Positions 19,541 to 29,345 of a DNA stretch of 64,000 bases are shown here, piece after piece (positions within the stretch are counted from its first letter, which is position 1; the number at the start of each line of letters is the position of its first letter). The translations under genes were made by a program, and so were the position numbers. The stretch is from an uncultured Kiritimatiellota bacterium (lineage in GTDB: Bacteria > Verrucomicrobiota > Kiritimatiellia > RFP12 > UBA1067), in contig CAKULV010000010.1 of NCBI GenBank assembly GCA_934667425.1, positions 2,297-66,296 on the forward strand. Direction: 5' to 3'. The notes beneath the pieces were generated by a model. That model was not told where the DNA came from. It worked only from the letters and a program-made list of their open reading frames with translations, and did not search any database.

Positions 19541-21198
19541 GCGACGACAAACCAGAGCTTGATCAGGAAGTGGCGGAGGAACTCCAGTTCGAGGAATCCA
19601 GGCTCGAGGAGATAGAGAAGCAGTTCGAGACTCCGACGTTCTTCTCCCGAATAAAGATGCTTCTCCGCGGTCTAAAGGCGCCAGCGGGATCGCGCGAGTA
19701 CAAGGAGGCCCTCATAGAGATGCAGCGGCTTCTCGCTCCGGTAGGGGCAATCGTAATACCGCTGATCTTCATTGCGATCCTGTTCGTATGTTCGGTGCCG
19801 AACAAGTCCAACAGGGATCTGACGGATATCAATGTCGCGAAGGCGGAGGACGACGTGAGCCTTGACGAGCCGCCGCCGGAGATGGAGGATATGCAGGATC
19901 AGAGTACCGATCAGGCGGCAATCGAGACCGAGGTGATGAACGCAATCGCCAACCCGTCGCTGAACAATCTGGCGACGCCAACCGATGTCGTTGCGCCATC
20001 CTCTGATACGTCCGCGCCTACGGTCGATGCGCCCAATGCCGTAATGGACATCGTCGCTCCGGTCAAGATGCGCACCACGCTTCAGGCGGCGCGTTCCGCC
20101 GGAGCCCGCGCAAAGGCTTTGGCCAAGTTTGGCGGCGATGCGGAGACTGAACGCTGCGTGATGAGGGCATTGCGCTGGCTTAAGACCCAGCAAAGGCCGG
20201 ACGGCAGCTGGGCTGGGCGCAGCGGTTCGCTGAACATGACGGGCTTTGTGGTTCTCACTTACCTTTCCCGCGGCATCAAGCCTGGTGGCGATCCTGAATT
20301 TGGGGACACGGTGAGGAAGGGGGTTGAGTACCTCATGCGAAACCGCTACAAGGATGCAATCGCCCTTGCGGCTCTCGCCGAGGCCTATGGCCTTTCTCGC
20401 AACCCAAACATCCGGGAGATCGTGGAGCAGTCGCTCAACGACCTTGCCGACAAGATGAAGGGGACTATTTGGGGGCCTTGGAAGGACGGGTCGAAGAATG
20501 TTGAGCCGAAGGATCTCACGAAACTCACGTTCTACGTGATGGCCCTGCGTTCGGCGCAGCTCTCGAAGTTCAACATCCCAAACCTCAAGTATGCCCTTGA
20601 CAAGCTCAGGGAGGGCTTTCTGCATCAGGCTAACAAGAAGCTCGGCGGATTTTCGAGCGCCTACTACGGTCCGCCGCCCGCAAACTATCCGCGAATCATG
20701 ATGTGGCACTACATGCTTGGCGTGGTAGGCATGCAGTATGTCGGGGCTGGAGACAATCCAGTAATCGACAAGACGCTTGGCATCCTGATGGATGAATGGG
20801 AGCCGCCGACGCTATCGACGACGGACATCTCGTGCTGTCCAACACGCGCCAACTACTGGGCTACGATGGTTTTCTTCAACTACTACGAAGGCGACAAGCG
20901 TTGGTTCGAGTGGAACGCCAGGATGAAGGCCGTGTACAAGCGCGGGCAGCGCAAGATTGCCGGCAAGTACCTTGACCATACAGGGATGCCGCAAGAACTG
21001 GGCTATTGGGAATGCGAGGATATGCACATCGGATCACAGCCGATCGCGCCTACCTGCTACGTGGCACTCCAGCTTATGGTTTATTATCGCTATCTGCCTA
21101 CAGGACAGAAAAGCGCGTGGAAAGTCACCGAGGAAAAAGAAGAGACGGATGTCTCAAGCGCGGCGAAAGACGATGTCGATGTCTCCATCGACATCTGA
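19537..21198 (+). CDS. membrane-anchored prenyltransferase/squalene-oxidase-repeat (alpha/alpha-toroid) protein
   Basis: The GTG start overlaps the upstream TGA (GTGA) and sits 6 nt after AAGGGAGG. Architecture is an acidic N-terminus, one TM (VGAIVIPLIFIAILFVCSV), then RALRWLKTQQRPDGSWAGRSG-type repeats. Confidence 0.6.
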   Translation: MSDDKPELDQEVAEELQFEESRLEEIEKQFETPTFFSRIKMLLRGLKAPAGSREYKEALIEMQRLLAPVGAIVIPLIFIAILFVCSVPNKSNRDLTDINVAKAEDDVSLDEPPPEMEDMQDQSTDQAAIETEVMNAIANPSLNNLATPTDVVAPSSDTSAPTVDAPNAVMDIVAPVKMRTTLQAARSAGARAKALAKFGGDAETERCVMRALRWLKTQQRPDGSWAGRSGSLNMTGFVVLTYLSRGIKPGGDPEFGDTVRKGVEYLMRNRYKDAIALAALAEAYGLSRNPNIREIVEQSLNDLADKMKGTIWGPWKDGSKNVEPKDLTKLTFYVMALRSAQLSKFNIPNLKYALDKLREGFLHQANKKLGGFSSAYYGPPPANYPRIMMWHYMLGVVGMQYVGAGDNPVIDKTLGILMDEWEPPTLSTTDISCCPTRANYWATMVFFNYYEGDKRWFEWNARMKAVYKRGQRKIAGKYLDHTGMPQELGYWECEDMHIGSQPIAPTCYVALQLMVYYRYLPTGQKSAWKVTEEKEETDVSSAAKDDVDVSIDI

Positions 21199-21253
21199 TG
21201 GGGCTTGCAAATCTCCGTGCAACGCACAGCGCATAATGGGGGTTATGTAAACT

Positions 21254-22024
21254 ATGGACAGTACGTTAAGCATAGTGCCTTCTGAGGGTTCTAACGACTT
21301 CCCTGTACTCAAGGCTTTTCAGGAATACATAGATGCGGAACAGGCCAAGGCCCGGAAAAGGATGCTTGGGTTGAGCGTGTTCTTCATAATCCTGCTCGTC
21401 GTGGTTGTCGTTACGTTTGTGCTGATTCTCACGACCGTGGTCAACAGGAATCAGGCCTTGTCCGACCGGCTGCTTGATTACGCATTGAGCGAACGCCACC
21501 GGGAAATGGCCGTTCCGCAACAGACGGTCATCCAGCCCCATGTCTCGACGGCATCGGTGCAGGACATGATCAAGCCCATAATCGAGCGGCTTGAACGAGA
21601 ACAGGCGTCGATGAAGACTGCCTACGAACAGCAACAGAAAGAGGCTAAGGCAATTGCCGATGCCCGAGACAGGGAGCGTGTCGCTGAACTCGAAAAGGCA
21701 CGGAAGGAATTGCAGAAAGAACGGGCCAGGGCCAAAAAGGAGGCGGATGCCCAGGCGGCCAAGGAACGGCACCTTAGGCGGTTGTATCCCGAATATTACA
21801 GCCAAAGGGACGAAGCGCAATACCCTTCTCCCGCCGCGCAGCCTCAGCCATCACAGCAAAGGCAGACCCTGCGTGAAACGCAGCCTTCGGCCGGTGTGCG
21901 CAGTCAGGCGTCTGGACAAAAGCCAAATGCAAAGATACCAGACCTGAAGCCTGTCACATATTTCAACAGTGATGACAATGACGAAGTTCCGTTTCTCCTT
22001 GAGACCCCTAAAAAGTCGCAATAG
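21254..22024 (+). CDS. hypothetical single-pass membrane protein with charged coiled-coil and Q/P-rich tail
   Basis: TM segment LGLSVFFIILLVVVVVTFVLILTTVV, then a K/E/R/A-rich segment. No family recognised. SD is weak. Confidence 0.5.
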   Translation: MDSTLSIVPSEGSNDFPVLKAFQEYIDAEQAKARKRMLGLSVFFIILLVVVVVTFVLILTTVVNRNQALSDRLLDYALSERHREMAVPQQTVIQPHVSTASVQDMIKPIIERLEREQASMKTAYEQQQKEAKAIADARDRERVAELEKARKELQKERARAKKEADAQAAKERHLRRLYPEYYSQRDEAQYPSPAAQPQPSQQRQTLRETQPSAGVRSQASGQKPNAKIPDLKPVTYFNSDDNDEVPFLLETPKKSQ

Positions 22025-22041
22025 ACAGAAAACGAGGGCAT

Positions 22042-22722
22042 ATGTCGGAAAAGGCGATTGTTTTCATTGATGGAGGATGGCTCTACAAGTACAGAACGGC
22101 CCTTTTCACGAAACTTGGCGAAAACAACTTCGAGATTGACTATGCCAAATTGCCGCGTATGCTGTGCGAAGATGTGGCAGATGCCATTGATGAGGATGTT
22201 TCGCTTGTGAAGACCCTTTATTTCGGGACAATCCCCTCTTCCCGATCTGGCTACAACACGTCAAAGCAATATTCTTTCTACGACTTTCTAGACCGGACAT
22301 GCGGCTACGACACGAATATCCACGAGATTGACGTGATGCCAGAGGATGTCCGCTCGGCCGGAAGCAGTTGGGTCGATGTCTCAATGGCGACAAACATAGT
22401 GTACTATTCGTCCCTTCCGTGCGTAATGGACATTGCCATAATAGTAAGCGATAGCATTGACCTGCTTCCGGCAATTCGCCGGGCCAGATCATTGGGGAAG
22501 CGTGTGCAGCTTGTCGGAGACCGGCATCCCCCTTCCGATTCTACCGAGCCACGCATTGGTGACTTCCATCCAATATGCCTAGAAGACCATGCGGCGGACA
22601 TAAGGCTTGTGCGGGAGCTGGTCAAGCGCATCTGCAAGCAGTGTGGCCGTGAAGAGGAGACTACCTGGGCTGGCGCCGAATTCTTCTGCGACAGATGCAG
22701 AGGACGCCACAGAAACTCCTGA
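22042..22722 (+). CDS. NYN/LabA-like (PIN-fold) domain protein with C-terminal zinc ribbon
   Basis: The N-terminal VFIDGGWLY and ..IAIIVSDSIDLLPAIRRARSLGKRVQLVG match the NYN layout. The C-terminus is CKQCG..x13..CDRC. Confidence 0.7.
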   Translation: MSEKAIVFIDGGWLYKYRTALFTKLGENNFEIDYAKLPRMLCEDVADAIDEDVSLVKTLYFGTIPSSRSGYNTSKQYSFYDFLDRTCGYDTNIHEIDVMPEDVRSAGSSWVDVSMATNIVYYSSLPCVMDIAIIVSDSIDLLPAIRRARSLGKRVQLVGDRHPPSDSTEPRIGDFHPICLEDHAADIRLVRELVKRICKQCGREEETTWAGAEFFCDRCRGRHRNS

Positions 22723-22784
22723 GCCTCTCTGCAGCGTCCTTCATCCAATTCCGCCATTGGACGGGATATCTCAAACTCAAGGCT

Positions 22785-23633
22785 TCAATCAGCCTTGAAG
22801 AGTTTCATCACCCTCTTCACGTCATCGGCAATCGCGCCCGTCACGCATGTCGCGACATCGTGGAACTGAAGCCCTTCCGGGATGCGCTTCACAATGTCAT
22901 ATACGGCCTTGCCGCCGGCGAGGGCGCCATAGGTGTAGTAGTTGATCTTGCGGATGCCCTTGCTTATCGCCTGATGGTAGTCATTTGCCGAAAGGCCGGA
23001 GCCACCATGCATCACAAGCGGAAGATCTCCGGTGGATTTCCTAACTTCATCTATCACGTCGAATGAGAGCCTTGGCGTCGTCTTGTACACTCCATGGACA
23101 GTTCCAAATGAAATCGCCAAGGCATCAACCCCTGTCGTCTGGACGAATTGGGCAGCTTCATCAGGCTTGGTGTAGAAGTCTTCCGGCGTATACTCCTTCA
23201 GTTCGCCATTGAAGTTGTGCGGCATCGATCCAAGTTCCGCCTCTGTAGTGGCTCCGAGGGCATGCGCAGTCTTTGCCACGAAGGCCGTAGCCTTCATGTT
23301 TTCCTCGTATGGAAGCGCAGAGCCATCGAACATCACGGATGTAAAGCCCATGGCCAAAGCCCTGAGGCAAACCTCTATCGAATCCCCGTGGTCGAGATGC
23401 ACCGCCACGGGTGTCTTGGCGGCACGGGCCAACTGGATCATTATAGGCCCGGCAACGGCAAGCGGAATGTATTTCTCATGCGCTGGCGCATGCTGCAATA
23501 CAAAAGGTATGCCCAGTTCCTCCGATGCCCTTATTGCGCCCATTGCTGATTCAAGGGACGCGCAGTTGAACCCACCCACGGCATAGTTGCCCTTTACGGC
23601 ATCCGCAAGGATTTCCTTCATGCTTACAAGCAT
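22785..23633 (-). CDS. fba: class II fructose-/tagatose-bisphosphate aldolase
   Basis: Motifs NYAVGGFNC, VAVHLDHG and VMHGGSGL are present. Confidence 0.9.
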   Translation of the reverse strand: MLVSMKEILADAVKGNYAVGGFNCASLESAMGAIRASEELGIPFVLQHAPAHEKYIPLAVAGPIMIQLARAAKTPVAVHLDHGDSIEVCLRALAMGFTSVMFDGSALPYEENMKATAFVAKTAHALGATTEAELGSMPHNFNGELKEYTPEDFYTKPDEAAQFVQTTGVDALAISFGTVHGVYKTTPRLSFDVIDEVRKSTGDLPLVMHGGSGLSANDYHQAISKGIRKINYYTYGALAGGKAVYDIVKRIPEGLQFHDVATCVTGAIADDVKRVMKLFKAD

Positions 23634-23688
23634 TGTCTTAGCCTTTCATTTGTTTTTGACATTGGTTGACCCAAAGAGATTCCACACG

Positions 23689-24291
23689 TTAAACCTCAGT
23701 TCGCCTGTTTATCGCACGCCGCAATGTCAGGGGGTCTGAATAGGACACGCCAGAATCAGCCGGCAGCCCGAAGGCGAGTCGGGAGACACGCACATGCACA
23801 CCGATATTCGCCAGATACTCTGCCAGATATCCGGCGGTGGCATCCCCTTCTATGTCCGTTGACACGGCGATAAGGATTTCTGAAAAGCGTTCATTTAAGA
23901 CCCTGTCGCCAAGTTCCTTGAACCGCAGCTTGTCGGGACCAATCCTATGGGTAGGAGACAATTTCCCGCCAAGAACATGGTATCTGCCCTTGAATGCGCC
24001 GGAAGCCTCAATTGGCAATATATCGGCAGGCTCCTCGACGACGCATACCACAGTACCATCCCTTAGCGCATCGACGCACAACTTGCACGGATCTTCATCC
24101 CGAACAGTAAAGGCTCCGCATCGAGAGCAGCACACAACAGAATCGCGTGCAGCCTTCAACGCCCACGACAAAGGGTCAAGAAGCCTGACCGGCTCCTTGA
24201 GCAATGCAAGAGCCGCCCTTGAGGCGGATCGTTTCCCAAGGCTGGGGAGCCTTGAGAGAATCCGCGTAAGATCCTCGATCGGAGCGATCAT
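23689..24291 (-). CDS. recR: recombination protein RecR
   Basis: HhH N-terminus, zinc finger CSRCGAFT..CKLC and a Toprim domain (VVEEPADI). Lies directly after ybaB. Confidence 0.95.
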   Translation of the reverse strand: MIAPIEDLTRILSRLPSLGKRSASRAALALLKEPVRLLDPLSWALKAARDSVVCCSRCGAFTVRDEDPCKLCVDALRDGTVVCVVEEPADILPIEASGAFKGRYHVLGGKLSPTHRIGPDKLRFKELGDRVLNERFSEILIAVSTDIEGDATAGYLAEYLANIGVHVRVSRLAFGLPADSGVSYSDPLTLRRAINRRTEV

Positions 24292-24609
24292 TTACTTGCC
24301 GAAGAGACTGCCCATTCCCCCCGCCTGCATGACCTTGGCCATGTGTTCCTGGGTTGTCTTCTTTACGCTCTTCAAGGCGCCATTGACTACGTTGAAAAGC
24401 ATTGTCTCAAAACGGTCGTGCTTGCCGGCCGCCACTTCTGCCCACGTTTCCGGCGAGATGCTGATTTTCGAGATCGTGAAATCGCCCTTGGCCGTTACGG
24501 TAATTCCGCCGTTGGAATAGTCTACACTGATCTTCTCTATCTCCTGCTGGATGCGCTTCGCCTCCGAGCGCATCTGCATTGCCTGCTTCACCTGATCAAA
24601 GATACCCAT
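24292..24609 (-). CDS. ybaB: YbaB/EbfC nucleoid-associated protein
   Basis: 105 aa. MQMRSEAKRIQQEIEKI..GGITVTAKGDFTISKISISPE. ybaB-recR synteny fits. Confidence 0.9.
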   Translation of the reverse strand: MGIFDQVKQAMQMRSEAKRIQQEIEKISVDYSNGGITVTAKGDFTISKISISPETWAEVAAGKHDRFETMLFNVVNGALKSVKKTTQEHMAKVMQAGGMGSLFGK

Positions 24610-24650
24610 TGATGTCCTCTATTTTTTATTTTCGATATATGTGTGAACGA

Positions 24651-25550
24651 CTAGCTGAACGATCGGCCGGAAAGTTCCTCGTATGCCTTTACGTATATCT
24701 CCCTCGTACGGTTGATTACGTCATCCGGAAGCACCGGCCCCGGCGGTTGATGGTTGAAGTTGATAGAATCGAGCCAGTCACGCACGAATTGCTTGTCAAG
24801 TGACGGAGGATTCTTTCCTACGGAATACAGCGCCTTTGGCCAGAATCGCGATGAATCCGGCGTAAGCACCTCATCGGCAAGGATGAGCGATCCGTCAGAG
24901 TCCATCCCAAACTCAAATTTGGTGTCGGCGATTATCACGCCGTGGACGAGCGCATAATCCGCCGCCTTGGTGTACAGGCCGATAGTCGCATCCTTGAGCA
25001 ACTTGGCGGTTTCAGCCCCGACAAGCGCCTCTGTCTGCCTATAGTCAATCGCCTCGTCATGTCCGCCAATGGCGGCCTTTGTCGTCGGCGTGAAAAGTAC
25101 GGCATCAAGCTTGGAGGCGTTCTGATATCCTTCACGGAGCCTTTCGCCATTTACGGTGCCGTGCTTCTGGTACTCCTTCCATCCTGATCCGGTGAGATAT
25201 CCGCGGGCAATGCATTCCACCTCGATCATCTTCACCTTTTTGACGAGCATCGACCGACCACGAAGATCTTCCTTGTAAGGCTGGAGCTCGACCGGATACT
25301 CATCCACATTGGCGGTGATTAGGTGATTCTTCATCCCAAGGAAATCCATCCAGAAAAGCGAAAGCTGGTTCAATACCTTGCCCTTATCCGGCACTCCGCA
25401 TGGAAGGATCACGTCAAACGCGCTTATTCGGTCTGTAACGACCATGAGCAATTTATCGCCAAGATCGTATACATCGCGAACCTTGCCGCTTTTGGACTGA
25501 ATACCCGGAATTTCGCATTCCAGCAGAGCATGGTTTTTATCGTACTTCAT
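24651..25550 (-). CDS. purC: phosphoribosylaminoimidazole-succinocarboxamide (SAICAR) synthase
   Basis: Motifs SGKVRDVYDLGDKLLMVVTDRISAFD and LADEVLTPDSSRFW are present. Confidence 0.95.
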   Translation of the reverse strand: MKYDKNHALLECEIPGIQSKSGKVRDVYDLGDKLLMVVTDRISAFDVILPCGVPDKGKVLNQLSLFWMDFLGMKNHLITANVDEYPVELQPYKEDLRGRSMLVKKVKMIEVECIARGYLTGSGWKEYQKHGTVNGERLREGYQNASKLDAVLFTPTTKAAIGGHDEAIDYRQTEALVGAETAKLLKDATIGLYTKAADYALVHGVIIADTKFEFGMDSDGSLILADEVLTPDSSRFWPKALYSVGKNPPSLDKQFVRDWLDSINFNHQPPGPVLPDDVINRTREIYVKAYEELSGRSFS

Positions 25551-25579
25551 CAGTGCAGATACCTTTCAATAGTTTCCGT

Positions 25580-25588
25580 ATTATACCA
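25580..25588 (-). promoter_or_regulatory. extended -10 box TGGTATAAT upstream of purC
   Basis: The minus strand reads TGGTATAAT, 29 nt upstream of the purC ATG. A GAAAGG SD lies in between. Confidence 0.4.
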
Positions 25589-25595
25589 TAAACGC

Positions 25596-26372
25596 CTAAT
25601 CGAGTATGCGGTCGTAATCGCCGCCGCCCTCCCCGGATTCACCCGCATCGCCGGCATCTACGGCACGCATTGGCTTGGCCTTTGGCCGCTCACCGAAGAG
25701 TACGGTGCCGAGCCGCAGCCAGGTGGCCCCCTCTTCGACGGCAATCGGGTAGTCGCCGCTCATCCCCATGGACAAGCGCGGGAACTTGGCGCCGAACTCC
25801 ACCTCCATTGCATCGCGCAGCTCCCGGAGGCCACTGAAGCATGGACGGGTCTGCTCGATTTTCTCCTTGGGGAAGAATGGCGCCATTGTCATAAACCCCT
25901 CAAGGGTCAGTGACGGGCATTTGGACATGATGTGTTCAACCGCCATCGGCACATCCGAAGGCTTCATGCCGTCCTTGGATCGCTCGCCCGAAGTGTTTAC
26001 CTCAAGCAGGATGCGGGGACGTTTCCCGATCTCGGCTGCGACGCTCTCGATCTTGTCGATCAGTTGAATGGAATCCACGGAATGAAAGCATTCGAACAGC
26101 TCGAGTGCATGGCGCACCTTGTTGCGTTGAAGGTGGCCAATCAGATGCCATTCCGGACCAGATACCGAAAGCGGCTGCTTCCACATAGCTTCCTGTACCT
26201 TGTTCTCCCCGACAATCTTCAGTCCGGCCTCCCACGCTTCACGAACAACTTCGGCGCCATGGGTCTTTGTGACGGCGACAATCTCCACGTCAGAGGCATT
26301 CCTGTGCGAACGCTCGCACGCAACGGAAATCCGATTCCTTACGCCATCCAATATAGAAGTGAGTTCTTGCAT
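25596..26372 (-). CDS. yggS: YggS-family pyridoxal-phosphate homeostasis protein, with acidic C-terminal extension
   Basis: VAVTKTHG (PLP lysine), GENKVQEA and GMSGDY are present. About 30 extra acidic/Gly residues follow at the C-terminus. Confidence 0.9.
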   Translation of the reverse strand: MQELTSILDGVRNRISVACERSHRNASDVEIVAVTKTHGAEVVREAWEAGLKIVGENKVQEAMWKQPLSVSGPEWHLIGHLQRNKVRHALELFECFHSVDSIQLIDKIESVAAEIGKRPRILLEVNTSGERSKDGMKPSDVPMAVEHIMSKCPSLTLEGFMTMAPFFPKEKIEQTRPCFSGLRELRDAMEVEFGAKFPRLSMGMSGDYPIAVEEGATWLRLGTVLFGERPKAKPMRAVDAGDAGESGEGGGDYDRILD

Positions 26373-26387
26373 TTCGTCCCGTCAATT

Positions 26388-28016
26388 CTATTTTGTGAGA
26401 GTGAAATGCGGCAGACGCGTCAGCGGCGCCTTGACTGTAATCGTCGAGGGACCGGTCACCTCGCTGCCGTCGTCTGCGACCCACTTTCCTGGAGGGATCA
26501 CGACCTTGCGTTCTGTCTGCCCCTTGCTGACGACTGGAGCCACGAGCAGATCGTCCCCCATCATGAACTCATCGGATATCTCGCTGTATCCAATCCCCGG
26601 AAAGTTGTACTCAAGGTTTCGGAGCATTGGCTCGCCCGTATGTCCACTCTGGCGGGCAAGATCGACGAACTTCTTGGCGAACTTCTGCCTGATCGCGACG
26701 ACTTTCTTTATGATCTGCTGCTTGTCCTTGTCAAGTACGCGCCACGGAGATGCGGAGAACTGCATCATCGGACACAGCGCATGAACCTGGGCAGAGCGGA
26801 CGTATAGTTCGGGATCGAACTCGCTTCCTGGCAGGAATGCCGTCCATGCGCCGCCGCCGATCATGTCAGGACACATGAACGGATGCCCGAGCAATCCGCC
26901 GGCAATCATGTCCGGCACCAGCTTCTGGAGGTCTTCCCAGCTGTGCCGCTTGTCGTGGAGGCGCTCCACCACGGGCTGCCCCTGGAACCGCCAGGTGTTA
27001 CGGTATTCGCACACCGGATATTCAAGGGCGAACTTCGCGTAAGACAAAACCTGCTCACCGCTCGAGGCGTCCTTTTTTGCGCACCTGTATCCGCGCGAAT
27101 AGTGCTTCGTGGCTCCGCCGTCGAACTTGAATCCGTCCGCCCCGAAATCCCGGACAAGTCTGTCAAGCTGTTCCTTGAACCAGGCGCGTCCATTGGGGTG
27201 CGTGAAGTCGAGCAGCGCCGAATAGCCGTTCCACCAGCTCGCCGCCGCCGGGGCCTTGCCGTCCGCGTTCAGGAGGAATCCGCCCCTCGTCGGATATCCC
27301 TTGACGTCATCGGGATTGCGACCCCATGCGATTCTGCGGAAGGACGGCGTATCCATGCTTACCCACGGACACATCCAGAGGATGACCTTGTACCCCATTG
27401 CGTGAAGCTTGTCCATCATCCCCTTGGGATCGCTGAAGCGGGCAGGGTCGAACCGCCAGTCGCCATATCCGGCCTGCCAGGTGTCGTCTATCATCAGGAC
27501 ACCGGGCGGCAAACCGTTATCCAGCATCGACTTCGCGTAGTTGAGGATGTCCTTCTCGTTCTGGTGATACGTAAGTTCAATCCATGTGTTGTACTGCGGT
27601 GCGGAGAAGAACAGCAGGTCCGGCGTCTTGCCGTCGGACGGGAACCATGTGCCGGACGCATGCCGGAACGCATCGCGAAGCGTCTTGCCCGGCTGGCGCA
27701 CGATGGGCTTTGAGGTCGCGCATTCGACGGTGATGGTTCCGTTCGTTATCCTTATCGCCGCCTGATCGTCGCACCAGATTACCCTTCCCTTGTCGGATAT
27801 CAGCATCGATGCCGACTGGTTGTCGTAATTATTATCGCGCAGATCCATCGTCAGGCCGGTGCCGGACGTGAACGGCATCTTCGTGCCGAAGAAGTTCGCC
27901 GCCCCCCACCACTTCTCGTTGTCCAGCATTTTCACGTCCAGTACGTCGGCATAAGAGCCGACAGACGCCGCCACAATCATGGCTGAAAGAACAGCCTTCA
28001 TCCCATTTGTCATCAT
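26388..28016 (-). CDS. secreted glycoside hydrolase family 31-like enzyme
   Basis: Start is trimmed to ATG 28016 (MMTNGMKAVLSAMIVAASVGSYA signal peptide), which avoids overlap with prmC. LMIDDTWQ..GDWRFDPARFSDPKGMMDKLHAMGYKVILWMCPWV and FGADGFKFDGG resemble the YicI-type blocks (GVDCFKTDFGE). Confidence 0.65.
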   Translation of the reverse strand: MMTNGMKAVLSAMIVAASVGSYADVLDVKMLDNEKWWGAANFFGTKMPFTSGTGLTMDLRDNNYDNQSASMLISDKGRVIWCDDQAAIRITNGTITVECATSKPIVRQPGKTLRDAFRHASGTWFPSDGKTPDLLFFSAPQYNTWIELTYHQNEKDILNYAKSMLDNGLPPGVLMIDDTWQAGYGDWRFDPARFSDPKGMMDKLHAMGYKVILWMCPWVSMDTPSFRRIAWGRNPDDVKGYPTRGGFLLNADGKAPAAASWWNGYSALLDFTHPNGRAWFKEQLDRLVRDFGADGFKFDGGATKHYSRGYRCAKKDASSGEQVLSYAKFALEYPVCEYRNTWRFQGQPVVERLHDKRHSWEDLQKLVPDMIAGGLLGHPFMCPDMIGGGAWTAFLPGSEFDPELYVRSAQVHALCPMMQFSASPWRVLDKDKQQIIKKVVAIRQKFAKKFVDLARQSGHTGEPMLRNLEYNFPGIGYSEISDEFMMGDDLLVAPVVSKGQTERKVVIPPGKWVADDGSEVTGPSTITVKAPLTRLPHFTLTK

Positions 28017-28035
28017 ATGTTTCTTGCCTTTCAAG

Positions 28036-28893
28036 TCAAGATCGCATTTTCGCCGAAGCATATCGGTCGTGGCTTGCGAAATCCTTTTCTATAAGTATGT
28101 CGCTGAAGCCATAGTTGAACAGCATATGCCGCAAGGCCTCGCCCTGCCCCTCGCCTATCTCGAGGAAGATCGCTCCACCGGGTTTCAGCACATTCATCGC
28201 ATCGCCCACGAACGCATCGTAGTAGTCCAAACCAAATTCGCCGCCGACAAGGGCGGTTTTAGGCTCGAAATCGCGTACCCTCGGATCGAGCGTTTCGTAT
28301 TCGGAGATGGATATGTATGGCGGGTTCGACACGATGACGTCAACGGATTCTGGCTCGAATTCATCGAGTCCATTGGCGACCGCGAACTTTACCTTGCCGT
28401 CCAATCCGCATAGCCTGGCGTTTTCCGCCGCCAGCGATACCGCATCGGACGAGATGTCCGTGCCAAGGAAAATCCCGTCGTCAAGCTCTTTTGCGAGGCT
28501 AAGAATTATGCATCCGCTTCCTGTGCCAAGATCGACGATGAACGGTCTGCCGGGCTCAGAACCCTTCACGTGCCTTATTACCCGTTCAACAAGCTCCTCG
28601 GTCTCCGGCCTGGGGATTAAAGCCCTTCTGTCGCACTTCAGCGTAAGCGAACGGAAATCCCATTCGCCAAGCACATACTGCAACGGCTCCCCTCCCGAAA
28701 GCCGCTGCATTGCCCGACGCATAGCGTCAAGGTGGCTCTCCCGCACCGGCTCCGCTTCGTGGGAAACGAGGAAGCCACGTCCGCACTTGAGGAGACGGGC
28801 CGCCAGCAGCTCGGCGGCAGACTGCGCATCCGGCACTTCACGTTGCCGAAGATACGCCTCCGTGAGGCCAATGATGTCCTTCCAGGTCTTCAA
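28036..28893 (-). CDS. prmC: peptide chain release factor N5-glutamine methyltransferase
   Basis: SAM motif DLGTGSGCI and catalytic NPPY (VSNPPYIS) are present. Confidence 0.9.
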   Translation of the reverse strand: MKTWKDIIGLTEAYLRQREVPDAQSAAELLAARLLKCGRGFLVSHEAEPVRESHLDAMRRAMQRLSGGEPLQYVLGEWDFRSLTLKCDRRALIPRPETEELVERVIRHVKGSEPGRPFIVDLGTGSGCIILSLAKELDDGIFLGTDISSDAVSLAAENARLCGLDGKVKFAVANGLDEFEPESVDVIVSNPPYISISEYETLDPRVRDFEPKTALVGGEFGLDYYDAFVGDAMNVLKPGGAIFLEIGEGQGEALRHMLFNYGFSDILIEKDFASHDRYASAKMRS

Positions 28894-28898
28894 TCGCG

Positions 28899-29288
28899 TT
28901 AGAACGGCAGGTCTTCCGTGTCTCCGGCAAGCACGTCCGCCGGGACGTCGGCAGGCTCCGGCATCGGCTCCGTCGACGAGCCGTCCGCATCGAGCAGTTC
29001 TAGGTTCAGCGCCGTAAGGTCGGTGAAGTAGCGGTTCTTACCCGTCTTGGGATCCTGCCACACTCGGCCGTCTATCGCAAAGCGGACCTTGGCGCGCTGG
29101 CCCTTCTGCACCTTGTCGAGCTTCGCGGTGTTGTCCTTCTTGAACGTGAAGGCAATGTGGTTCGGGTATTTCGTCTGCACATCGTTGTCGTCGGTCAGCA
29201 CGAGATCCCGCTTTGTGAATCCGCTTGAAAACGTCTGCAGCTCGCAGACAGTCTCGACGATGCCCGTGTATTCATAGATGGCTTGCAT
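28899..29288 (-). CDS. DUF3127-like OB-fold protein
   Basis: Motifs TGIVETVCELQTFSSGFTKRDLVLTDD..YPNHIAFTFKKDN and FTDLTALNLE match my recollection of DUF3127. Confidence 0.55.
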   Translation of the reverse strand: MQAIYEYTGIVETVCELQTFSSGFTKRDLVLTDDNDVQTKYPNHIAFTFKKDNTAKLDKVQKGQRAKVRFAIDGRVWQDPKTGKNRYFTDLTALNLELLDADGSSTEPMPEPADVPADVLAGDTEDLPF

Positions 29289-29345
29289 TTTCTCTTGTTT
29301 CCTCGATTGATCGTGATTATTGTCTTTAAATTAACCTCTAACGCA

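Noticed and set aside
22723-22797. Replication terminus/dif site at the convergent strand switch, and the hairpin CAAGGCT-TCAATC-AGCCTTG as a bidirectional terminator.
   Set aside because: I found no XerC/D-type dif-like 28-mer. The hairpin overlaps the last fba codons and has no flanking T/A runs, so support is weak.
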